Shown: piece by piece, positions 1-12,000 of the stretch
How the letters are laid out: each line of letters opens with the position of its first letter
Numbering within the stretch: the first letter of the stretch is position 1
NCBI GenBank assembly: GCA_950097015.1
Contig: CATNEN010000003.1
Coordinates: forward strand, 9,052,001-9,116,000
Source of the DNA: Macrostomum hystrix
Taxonomy: Eukaryota; Animalia; Platyhelminthes
Direction: 5' to 3'
DNA: 64,000 bases
Notes under the pieces: generated by a model
The model's database searches: none
Seen by the model: the letters and a program-made list of their open reading frames with translations, nothing else
Told to the model about the DNA's origin: nothing
Position numbers and translations under genes: made by a program

Positions 1-3000
1 GAGGCGCATCGGCTAGCGGCAGAGCATCTACTAGGGGAGTGTGGACAGGATCTGGCGGATTGCCGGCCAAGCTCAGCGTTGAACTGCTGCGCTGTAGGAA
101 CGAGTGACGCGGAGGCGCAGGCGGCGGAGCAGGTTGCTGCTGCTGCTGCTGATGTTGATGATGCAGAAACTGGTGATGCTGATAAGGATTATTATCGTCG
201 TGCAATAACGGCGGCGGAGGCGGCGGCGGCGGCGGTGGAGGAGGCGGCAGAGACGGAGGAGGAGGCGGCGGAGGCGGCAGCCATTCAGTGTGGCCACCAG
301 GGTAGGCATCGCCGACACTACCAGCGACTGCGGCAGCGGCGGCACTGCCTCCACAGTCAGCCTTCATCAAATAGAAGAAAGCGTCAATAACGTAGGCCAG
401 GTGTTTGAAGGCGGCCAGATCAAGGGCTGGTAGAAAGTCGCCGTGCTCGGAGGTGGCAGCGCGAACCTTGAATGGGATCAATATTTTTTATAGTTAATTT
501 CTGCTTAATGATCCCATTATGAGTTTTTGTGAGTTCTAAAGCACACAATATAGCTACTGATTACTGAGCACGCATTCATAATGTCGTGTACATCACTGTG
601 TCTTGGCGATTGGCCCTCACAAAATGAATTCTGACCATTCTAGTCATTGACTCACAGCCTCACCAAATCCTATGGAAAAAATACAAACCTGAGACAATGT
701 ATAATGCTGCAATTCCCGCCTATTAATAGCGGACATTGTGCGCTGAGTGTTGGCCTCGGAGATTCCGCCGCCTGTAACTAAGGAACCCGATCCATAATAG
801 CCAGCTGAGCCCTGGCTGTGATGCTGCTGCTGCTGCTGCTGCTGCATTGAAGACGAAGATCGACCTCCGCTGCCACCACCGCCGCCGCTAGGTGCCGAAA
901 GTCGAGCAGACGAATTGGCTGTTGAAGCGGAAGCAGCCGCGGCTGCAGCTGCGGTGGCGGCTCGGTTAGCTACGGTGAATCGAGCGCCGAAACGAAGCTG
1001 ACTTTCCAGAGAATCGGTCAGGGTTACTAGCCAATGCCAGGAGTCCTGTGGAATGTTTAGAAAAAAAGTATTTTTAGGCTTTATTACTTAGTTTGTCTAC
1101 TGACAAGTAGCAATAAAGGAAAATGTAACTTTTTAAGGGTTGAATTGAAAGTTAGAATTAAGTTTACTAATGTTACTGATGTATAGAGATATATAGAGAT
1201 AGATACGGTGATATTATCAGATGAGAACCAACTTGTAGAATAGTCTTACCTGCAGAGCGGCTTGCACAGCGTCCCTAGCCGAGGCAGGCACTCTGGGCTG
1301 CAGATGGGGCGGCAGTGAGCCAGACGACTGGCACGACTGCATCAGCGGATGATCAAGGCCGCTGGCACTAGTGTGCGATTGCTGCTGCTGCTGCTGCTGC
1401 TGCTGGCCGGTCATCAGATCGGCAATAAGTCTAATCAGCAGTGCAAAGCCGCGAGCCAGATGAATGGCCGTAGTCTGTGAATTTGGCGCCTGATCTGAGA
1501 CACCGGAGCTGCCACCAGAGGCCGCTGCGGCTGCGGCGGCTGAGGACAAGCCACTGCGCGATGCGCTGAGAATGTGCTGACTGTGGCCGACAGCGCCGGC
1601 GCCTACGCCGCGACTCCCGGAAGATCCGGAGTCCAAGTAGATAACGGGAGGAACAACTCCACTAGCGGCGCCGCCGGATACTCGAAGCCGATTTTCAGCG
1701 GTGTTCAACGCCCACAGTAGGGGGTCGCGATTTGGCGATGCGGCGCGATGATAATGCTGCTGCTGCGGCTGCTGACTGTGCTGATGATGATGCTGATGGT
1801 GATAGCTGCCAACAGTGGCTGCGGATGAGCCGACAGCTTCGCTATTTGACGGCGCATTCAATCCAGACGAAGCTCCGGCGTTAGCACCGCCGCTGCCACC
1901 AGCTGCTACAGCGACTGCGCCGGCAGCCGCGCCACCGTTATTATCGTCCGGCATATCATCGTCGGGATCGTCTTCGTCCGACAGAAAGTCGTCCTCGGAT
2001 TCTTCCATGGGAGCGCCGCCGCCGCCGCCGCCACCAGCGCCACCGCCACCACGCTCGTCATCGCTGGCATCGCTATCAGAAGCGACGTAGGCCTCGTGAT
2101 GATGCTGATCGCCGAGCAGGCCGGACCCGACTCCGCCGCCAGGGACAGCAGCAGCGGCTGCCAGTTCGCTGCTGGGACGCTGGGCTGAGTCATTGCTCTG
2201 CTCCGAGTCCGAATCGGCGCCCATCATGTCGGCGAATTCTTCGTCGACACCAACGGCGACATCGTCGGCTTGAGCGTCGGCAAGGGACATGTCTAGATCG
2301 GTGTCTACTTCGCTGGCTTGATCGTCTTGGTTCTGCTGCTGTTGGTGCTGCTGCTGCTGTAGCTGCTGCTGCTGTTGCTGCGGCGGCAAGGTACCAGCAG
2401 GCGGCAAAGGCTGACTGAAATCATCGTACACAGGCTGAGCAGGAGCGGGAGCCAGCGCTGTGGAGAGAAACAGGTCCTCAGCTGATTGCACAGCATCAGC
2501 CAAGGTGGCAGTCAGGGTGAAGTTGCCCAAAGGTTTCAATAGGCCCAGGCGAACCGGTGCCAGCATAGCGCTAGCAATCAGCGGCAGATTGTGCAGCGCT
2601 GTTGGCAACAAGCCAGCCAGTAGCTGCTGGCACAGGCAAGCCAATTGATTACGTTTGCCAGACAACAGTGTCGGATCGGAGGCTAGGCCTAGAGTGAGGT
2701 AGACTCGAACTGCGGACCGCACTAGACGACCAGAGGCTTCTTCGGCAGCTAAAGCGTCTTCATTAATTGGCCTAGGAGAGCGAAGAGTACGGACTAACGC
2801 GCCAACTAGATCAGGTCCTGTGTGAGAACACTTGGCCAATAGAGTGAATGTGAATTGATCCAGTAGGCCGCAGCCGCGCTGACGCAACTGCTGATACTGC
2901 TGCTGCTGCTGCTGACGCGGCTGTTGTTGAGTATCCTCAGCGCCGGACATGAGTACGGCTCTAACAGCTGGCCAACACTCTAGCAGTCGTCTAAGAGCTT

Positions 3001-6000
3001 TCTGTGCAAATTTTGGCGGCTCTAAATCGCTGTCCGGCATACCAGAATCAGTTGCAGCTTGGTGATGCTGATGCTGATGATGAAGGTGCTGCTGCTGCTG
3101 CTGCTGATTATGATAATGAGCGGCGAGGGCGGCTGCGGCGGCAGAACGGGCTCTAGCCGTGGCGGACGAGGCCAAAGCGGAACTAGAAGTTCGGCTAGAC
3201 TGCAGGCTGGGTCTATACTGCTTCTGTTCGTTTAGTTGACGACCAACTGTGCGTGCTAGGAACAGCAGGAGTGGCTCGCCGCGACGATTCGGCAGCAGAA
3301 CTAGCGACGGCATGACTAGCAGCAGGCGGTCAAGCAGTTGGGCCCTGTCATGCTGGGAGCCGGCGATTAAAGACCTGCGGGTTGAGGGTGGGAAATTATT
3401 CATTGGGTAGGGTAATGTTTGATGGAATCCGGTAATGATTGATGGATTGGATAATGATTGATGGATTGGATAATGATTGATGGATTGGGTAATGATTGAT
3501 GAGATTGGGTAATGATTGATGAGATTGGGTAATGATTGATGGGATCCAATAATGATTGATGGGATCCTATAATAATTGATGGGATTGAGTAAATGAACGA
3601 TTGAAGGGATTGGGTAAATGAATTATTGATGGGTTTGGGCAAATAATTGATAGATGGGTTTGGGTAATGACTGGTGGGATTGGGTAATGATTCATGGGAT
3701 TGGGTAATGAATGATTGATGGGTTTGGGTAATGATTGATGGGATCGGGTAATGATTGACGGTATTGAGTAATGATTGATGGGATTGGGTAATGATTGATG
3801 GGATCGGGTAATGATTGACGGTATTGAGTAATGATTGATGGGATTGGGTAATGATTGATGGGATCGGGTAATGATTGACGGTATTGAGTAATGATTGATG
3901 GGATTGGGTAATGATTGATGGGATTAAGTAATGATTGATGGGATTGGGTAATGATTGACGGTATTGAGTAATGATTGATGGGATTGGGTAATGATTGATG
4001 GGATTAAGTAATGATTGATGGGATTGAGTAATTATTGATGGGATTGGGTAATGAATGATGGGATTGGGTAATGTTAGATGGGATTGGGTAATGTTAGATG
4101 GGATTGGGTAATGATTCATGGGATTGGGTAATGAATGATTGATGGGTTTGGGTAATGAATGATTGATGGGATTGGGTAATGATTGATGGGATTGCGAAAA
4201 TATTGATATCGGGTAGTATAATGATTGTTGGGATTAGGTAATGATTGGTGGAGATTAGGTAATTATTGGTGGGATGGGCATCGATCGCTGAGGTATGAGC
4301 AATCTGAAGTTTGCTAGTAAAGTCAGGAAGAAAAATAATGCTAAAACAGCGGCATTTACAATTGGTAGTTCTAAGTCAACTCACTTGCAGCGGCACTTCT
4401 CCCAACAGTCGCAATAAGCAGTCGGCGATGTTCTCTTTAGTCTACAATCGTGGCCCTTGTGACAGACTCTGGCGCACTCTGTACAACAGCAGAATGTGTG
4501 CATCAGCCCGCAGGTTCTGCACTCGAAGATGTCCTGATTGATGTGAGAAGGCCCTGTCCAGGTGAAGCTGCAGGTGTCGTTCATGCACAGCACCAGTAAT
4601 GGATTATCGTCTGGCCCACTGCCTGGCGGATACAGCATACTAGTCAGGATAGTTTCATCTCGCTGCGCTATGGAACTAACAACGTCTAGCAATAGCAGAG
4701 CGGATTCGTAGGCCCTCAGAGATACGGCTAGCATGAACGGTGTGAGACCTTCGGCATTTCTGGCGCTGAGAAGGCTGGGCAGATGCGGCTGGACCGTCTG
4801 ACAGCGGCAGAGAAGCAGTTCTAGCACCTCTCGGCGTCTAATTGCGGAGTCGTCTACTAGGGGAAGAAATTGCCAAGACGGCTGATGCGGCAGCTGCTGT
4901 TGCTCAGATAAGGAAGCCGCGGCAGCTGCAGACATTGACGAAGCCGACGAGGAAGAAGTTGAACCTGCTGCAGCTGACGCAGCCGCATCCGATGGCTGTT
5001 TTAAACGAAGATCTTCGGCTTGCTGTTGATGATGCTGCTGCTGCTGCTGATGGCTGCTTGCCAGATTGCTGGAGCTACCGCCGCGACGTAGAAATGTTTC
5101 AGTAACCTGCCATTGGAAAGTGACAATAAATTAGAATAAAAATCGCACACAGCCCAGCTGGAACAGATGTACGGCTCGTACAGCCAGTGTCAATAATTCC
5201 AAAGGCTGCGTTCAAAAGCCTTGACCTCATGCACAATGATGTATGTACACATCTGTGTGAGTACAGTATCAGCGTGTGCGCGTGTGCTCAGGAGTCAGCG
5301 AAACTACGGCAGAGCGGAGTGGGGTACGAAACTACATAAAAAGTTTTTTTTATTTTTGCATATACTACTTGACCAGGTAAACATGAGTAGTATCTACACA
5401 ACCACATTGCTATAAAAGGTCGAGACAAAAAAATTCTAGTAAAACTGACCGAAGCCGACCCAATTGGATTCCAACCGCCGCCGCCTCCGCTGCCAGAATC
5501 GGCCGATGCTTGGCCAGCAGCGCCGGCTATCGGCGCCGATTGCTGCGAAGAAAACGACGACGAGGACGTTGTTGTCGATGAAGTTCCGCCGGAGCTAACA
5601 ATAGAGTGATTGGTTGTAGGAGCTGTAACACTAACAGCCAGATGGATTACATTTCGACCTCCATCGACGCGTTCAGTTAGACAGGCTTGGGCCAGACGAT
5701 CGGGCGATTCCAAGGCGATTCGCTGCAGTCTGGCGGCATCGCCGCGTAGAATATGAGGCGTCACTAGCGGACAATCGAACACTAGCAGGCTCAGGTGATA
5801 GATTTGAGAACTGGTTGAACTGTTGTTAGCACTACTGCCTCCGCCACTGCCGCCGCCTAGTCCTCGTCCGATACTGCCAACACTAGCCGTAGTATTGCCC
5901 ATACCAATGCCAGCACCGCACTGTACAGCCTGCAGTGCGGCAGATTTTAATGGCGGTAAATCTGGCCAGAATGGAGTAGCGGCTGTGTCTTTACCGGCTC

Positions 6001-9000
6001 TCAGTAGCGGATAAACCGTGGCATTTCCGTCGCGCACTAGGAAGCACTTGTCCGAGCCGGGCAGCAATTGCATTGAAGCGGCATTACTTGGAGAGAATTG
6101 ACTAGCCGGCGTTAGTAAACGGACGGCTGATATGAGCCGACCCTAAAATTGGGAGAATTACGGAAAAGAGGATCATTTCATGGCGTGGAACTTTAAGCGA
6201 ATGGCTCTAAAACAACCTGGTAATAAGGAGTGATTTTAGAATGGCTAAGTGTCTTTAGTGTGACTATAGGAGTGACTGAAGGAGTGACTTTAGGGTGACT
6301 GTAGGAGTAACTTTAGGGTGACTGTAGGAGTAACTTTAGGGTGACTGTAGGAGTAACTGAAGGAGTGACTGTAGGAGTAACTTTAGGGTGACTGTAGGAG
6401 TAACTTTAGGGTGACTGTAGGAGTAACTTTAGGGTGACTGTAGGAGTAACTTTAGGGTGACTGTGGAGTAACTTTAGGGTGACTGTAGGAGTAACTTTAG
6501 GGTGACTGTAGGAGTAACTTTAGGGTGACTGTAGGAGTAACTTTAGGGTGACTGTAGGAGTAACTGAAGGAGTGACTGTAGGATTAACTTTAGGGTGACT
6601 GTAGGAGTAACTGAAGGAGTGACTGTAGGAGTAACTGAAGGAGTGGCTGTAGGAGTAACTTTAGGGTGACTGTGGAGTGACTGTAGGAGTAACTTTAGGG
6701 TGACTGTGGAGTGACTGTAGGAGTAACTTTAGGGTGACTGTGGAGTGACTTTAGGGTGACTGTAGGAGTAACTTTAGGGTGACTGTGGAGTGACTGTAGG
6801 AGTAACTTTAGGGTGACTGTGGAGTGACTTTAGGGTGACTGTAGGAGTAACTTTAGGGTGACTGTGGAGTGACTGTAGGAGTAACTTTAGGGTGACTATA
6901 GCAGTGATTGTAGGAGTGACTTTAGGGTAAGTATCTGTAGTAACTGCAAGATAAACCAAGGTTAGATTTGTCCATCATCAACAATGGCCCACCTGTAGAC
7001 TGTGTGTCTGTTGGCAAACGCGCCCGCCCTGACGTAGCAGAACATGCAGCTGAGTATTCTCAACGGCTACAGCCAGCACATCGGATCCGCCGACACCGAA
7101 TCCAGTAGCAGCGGAGACAAGAGCTACTCGCTTTGGAATCTTCTGATAGAAATCTGGAACACGCGGACAGCCTGGCCCTTTAATAACTGACAATTCGTCG
7201 CGTTTCAATAGTCGACAATCTTGCAAAGGATTGGCCGATCCGGCCACGCCGGAGCCGACGCCACCGCCGATGCCTAAACCGACATTGGACATCTCCTCCA
7301 TGGACAGGGCCGATGTGGCGGCTGCGGCGAAATCTTTCAAGAATCTGACGGCAACTATATTGCCGTCGACTTTCAATACCCGTCCAACTGGTTGACTGCG
7401 GCCGTCTTCAACAAAGATCACATCGGATAGAAACCATTCTTCTTCTTCGTTAGCTTCTGCCTTCTCTTTCATGTCGCGCATTGGCGTTGGTGCCTTCTTG
7501 CGTTTGAATGGCCCCGGGCTAACTAGCACAGGTCCGCTCTGATCGCTGCAGGTGCTTGACGCTGGACTAGGCGGCGGCGGCATGTCCAGCTTATCGTCGC
7601 GTTCGCGTTGTTCCTGACGAGCGGCGGCAGCTGGCATTGCTAGGGACGCCGAAGACATGACGACAGCGGCGGAGGCGCCAACGGAGCCGGAGCTCGAACC
7701 CGAAGCTGCAACTCCGGCGGTAGCGGCGGCGGCGGCTGCGGCTGCAGCTTGGGCGGCAGCGTCTTGCATCTCCTTGGCTGTGCGAATGCGGAATCTGCAA
7801 CTGTCTGTTAGAGACCAGGCGTCCTCTAATAGGACGCCAATCTTTGGTCGTTGACCTTCGCCGACGCGGAAGCCAACAGCGCCTGCGTGGAAAATAGGCG
7901 CGGATTTCATGCAGACAAAAGCGCCCGGATGCAGATCGCGACGTTCGTCGCCTGTCGCGTCGTGCTGCAGCTGCTGTTGCTGCTGCTGCTGCTGATTAGC
8001 AGAGGCAGACCTAGGTCCGCCACCATACCTTGAGGTCTTTTTGCGAGCCTTCTCGATGGCCTTTCGGCGACTGCTGAATGGCAGGACGCCCCTAGGAAGA
8101 ATAAGACAAAAACTTGTTTAGAAACTAGTACACTACTTTTTAGTTACAAAAGACTAGTCCTAATCCTATAAATGAGTCATGCGACGCTTGTCTAGTTGAA
8201 AATGAGTCATCCTAAACTAGACTGGTTTGAAATGAGTCATCACAAATTAGAGTTGTTGAAAATGAGTCATTCTAAACTAGACTGGTTGAAAACGAGTCAT
8301 CCTAAACTAGACTGGTTGAAAATGAGTCATTCTAAACTAGACTGGTTGAAAATGAGTCATTCTAAACTAGACTGGTTGAAAATGAGTCATCCTAAACTAG
8401 ACTGGTTGAAAATGAGTCATCCTAAACTAGACTGGTTGAGAATGAGTCATCCTAAACTAGACTAGTTGAAAATGAGTCATCCTAAACTAGACTGGTTGAA
8501 AATGAGTCATCCTAAACTAGACTGGTTGAAAATGAGTGATTCAAAACTAGACTGGTTCTAAATTAGTCATCATAAATTAGACTAGTTGAAAATGAGTCAT
8601 GCAAAACTAGACTAGTTGAAAATGAGTCACCCTAAACTAGACTAGTTGAAAATGAGCCATCCTGAATTAGAATGGCTGAAAATGAGTCATCCAAAACTAG
8701 ACTAGTTGAAAATGAGTCATACTGAGCTTTTTTAATCGAAAATGAGTCATACTAGCTAAAACCAGTGCTAGACACTTACCACCAATAGATATCGCCGCTG
8801 GAACATTTAGCAGCAGTCAGCAGAGAAGAACAATAGATAGCTACAATTCGGTCAGTTTGAAAATCTGGAAACAGATGTGACGGATGCTCCAACCTAGCAG
8901 CCACAGGTGCCAATGCTTCGTCCATAAAGGTGGCCACTCTGCCAGAGTCAGTGAGTACCGAGCAGCGAGTTGAATGAGCCGCTATGGAGACAATGCGCTC

Positions 9001-12000
9001 CTTGTCAAGCGCTAGGCCAACAGATCTAGGATGAAATACTTGCGGCTCGCAAACTGCCGGACTATAATAAGGTTCAGAGTCGCACCAACGCCATTGGTGC
9101 AGAGCGCCATTAGCTGATACGGCTACTAGTTCGCTGTGCATTGCGGCTATTTGAATAAATTTGTGCACTGAACCGTCTCGATCCACCCAGTATTGGAGAT
9201 CTTCGCCGAATTGTACTGGCGAATTGGTGCCGGATTGACCGCCTGTGTTTAAAATAGATGATAAAAACTTTTCTCACTGGAGTGGACGATGACAAATGGT
9301 AGATAAATGGCAAACGAAGAGATGACAGCTGCGAAGATGCCAGCCGAAAATATGACAACTGAATAGATGACAAACGGATAGATGACAACTGAATAGATGA
9401 CAAACGGATAGAGGACAACTGAATAGATGACAAACGGATAGATGAGAAATGGATAGATAAGAAACTGATAGATGACAAACGGATAGATTACAAACGGATA
9501 GATGACAAACGGATAGATGACAAACGTATAGATGACAAACGGATAGATGACAAACGGATAGATGACAACTGAATAGATGACAAACGGATAGATGACAAAC
9601 GGATAGATGACAAACGGATAGATGACAAACGGATAGATGACAAACTGATAGATGAGAAACTGATAGATGACAAACTGATAGATGAGAAACTGATAGATGA
9701 CAAACTGATAGATGACAAACGGATAGATGACAAACGGATAGATGAGAAACTGATAGATGAGAAACATATAGATGAGAAGCTGATAGATGACAAACGGATA
9801 GATGAGAAATGGATAGATGAGAAACTGATAGATGACAACTGAATAGATGACAAACTGATAGATGAGAAACTGATAGATGACAAACGGATAGATTACAAAC
9901 GGATAGATGAGAAACTGATAGATGACAAACGGATAGAATAAAACGTATAGATGAGAAAGACTAGAAAGGTTTGGAATGCAAAAGAAAGGATTGCCATGAA
10001 ATTCACCAGCCAGTTTAGCTTTCGCCTGCTGATACTGCTGCTGCTGCTGCTGCTGTTCAAACTCGGCATTTATCATGACCGCCTCTAGTCGGCGTCGCTT
10101 TGTGCCGCCCCCACCTCCGCCGCCGCGAGTAGCGTCGCTGCCGCCGCCCGCTGCGCCGCCAGACCATGCGGCTAGAGCTGCCTCGGAAGAGGACTGCATC
10201 CTAAACTGGAAAGCTGTCATATCCTGAGGCATTCTACGTCGCAAACTAGCATAATAGACATCGTCTGTAAATACACCGTCGCCGTCGTAGAGTAGGCCAG
10301 GCTCGCCCGTACTCAAACCGGCGTCTAATAGACTCATGAGATCTTCGGGATCTTCGTCCCAATCTAAATCGTCGTCAGCTTCGTCGTCTTTAGATAGAAG
10401 ATTATTAACGGCCATGTTGACATCTAGATTGGTGCGTTGCAATTCGCGCACTATTAATTGACGCGATTTGCCTTGGAGTACAGCTTGGCATTGTTGAACA
10501 AGAGATTCGGGAACGTCCTGAGCTGGCACAACCTGAATGGATTAAAGTCAAAGAGTGCGTTAACAGACAAAATAAATTAACAGTAGAACTACTACCAAGC
10601 CATTTTCCGCCTATTTTTACACCAAGGTGAATCCACCCCCCCTTAAACTTTTTAGGTAGCCTAATATTTAGGCCTGATCAGTGAAATTGGAGAAATTCGC
10701 GTCAGGCTGTCCATAGTGGCCTAGTTCCACCTGTTGTAGCCATTGAAGGTCCAACAGTCCATCTAGATAAAGGTAGGTGACTACCGAAGATGGAGATGAT
10801 GCAGGCACATTCGAGTGATATACTGATAAAATTTTAAGGCCCGAAATGCCGCACTGAGGCGCGGTGCTAATCCGTAAATAGGGCTGTATGAAATACACTA
10901 GCGCTTATAGGAAAAATCAGACCTTCGGCCAGAACCATTGAATATCTCGACGGTCTGAAGAGCTGGCGACTTGATTATTGTTTCAGAAGATGCAAAACAA
11001 AAAGTTTGGCTTTCGTGTGCTTTCGTTGCTCCATTCGGGTGCAGCAAAATTAATTGTCGGGGGGTCATTCCCGCCTTGGTAGTTCTACTGTTAATACATA
11101 ATGCGTAACAGGTAAAATAGACTAAATCCTCACCGATCGACCAATAATAACGCCGCTGCGCCTCAGATCTCGAAGTAGGCCGCGGCCTCTACTGCCAGAT
11201 AGAAATGTCGGCTGGATGACGCGGCCCCTAGCGGCGGCGGCCGCTGCGGCAGCTGCGGCTACAGCCGATGACGACGACGAGCCTCCGCCGGCGCCGCCGT
11301 CCGGATCGGCAGTAGATCCCTGGCCGGGACGATTCGAGGAACTGCCGGAGCTGCTGCCGCCGCTGTTTCCACCTCCGCTACCGCCGCCGATGCCGAATAC
11401 ATTCAGCTTGATGTCATAGAATGATTTGTTACTGCCGCCGCCTCCGCCACTAGCGCCGCCGCCGCCGCTGCCTCGAAGCTGAGAAGACGATTGATAATGA
11501 TGCGACTGCGGGCCAGACTGCTGCTGACTGTCCGACTTGCCTTTTCTACCTCCGCCGCCGCCACCGCCGCTACCCCCGCTGCCGCCACCACCGTCGGAGC
11601 GTTCAGTGACGCTGAATGCTAGTCGACAGACGCGACCGTCTTCGAATAGGAAGGCGACGTGATTCGGGCCGACAACTGCTTGGACGATTGAAGAATTCAG
11701 CAGGGCGGCCAAGGGTGGTGCATTGGCTAGGCCTTGCTTGGAGATTTTGTCAGATATTTCTCGAATGCTGTTTTAATTTGGGACAAATAAAACGATCTTA
11801 GTTGCAAACAGACGATAAAAAAACCTATTTTAGGCTTGCAAAATTTATACAGATTAACAGAACCAAAAAGTGAAATTAAAATATAGGTAGATTTTAACTA
11901 ATAGCAAAACTGATTTGTATTTTTTAGAAAAAAATGATCAAAATTTTTTCTAAGTAATCTAGAGCTAAAAAAACTAAGTACTTTGTGGTTTTGAGGTAAC

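Noticed and set aside
73-390. ORFs 73-354 (-) and 79-390 (+)
   Set aside because: Shadow frames; the UBR5-matching frame starts at acceptor 466 and reads through poly-Pro to the window edge.
6258-6930. Interstitial telomere
   Set aside because: TTAGGG is never tandem; it occurs once per ~23-bp unit.
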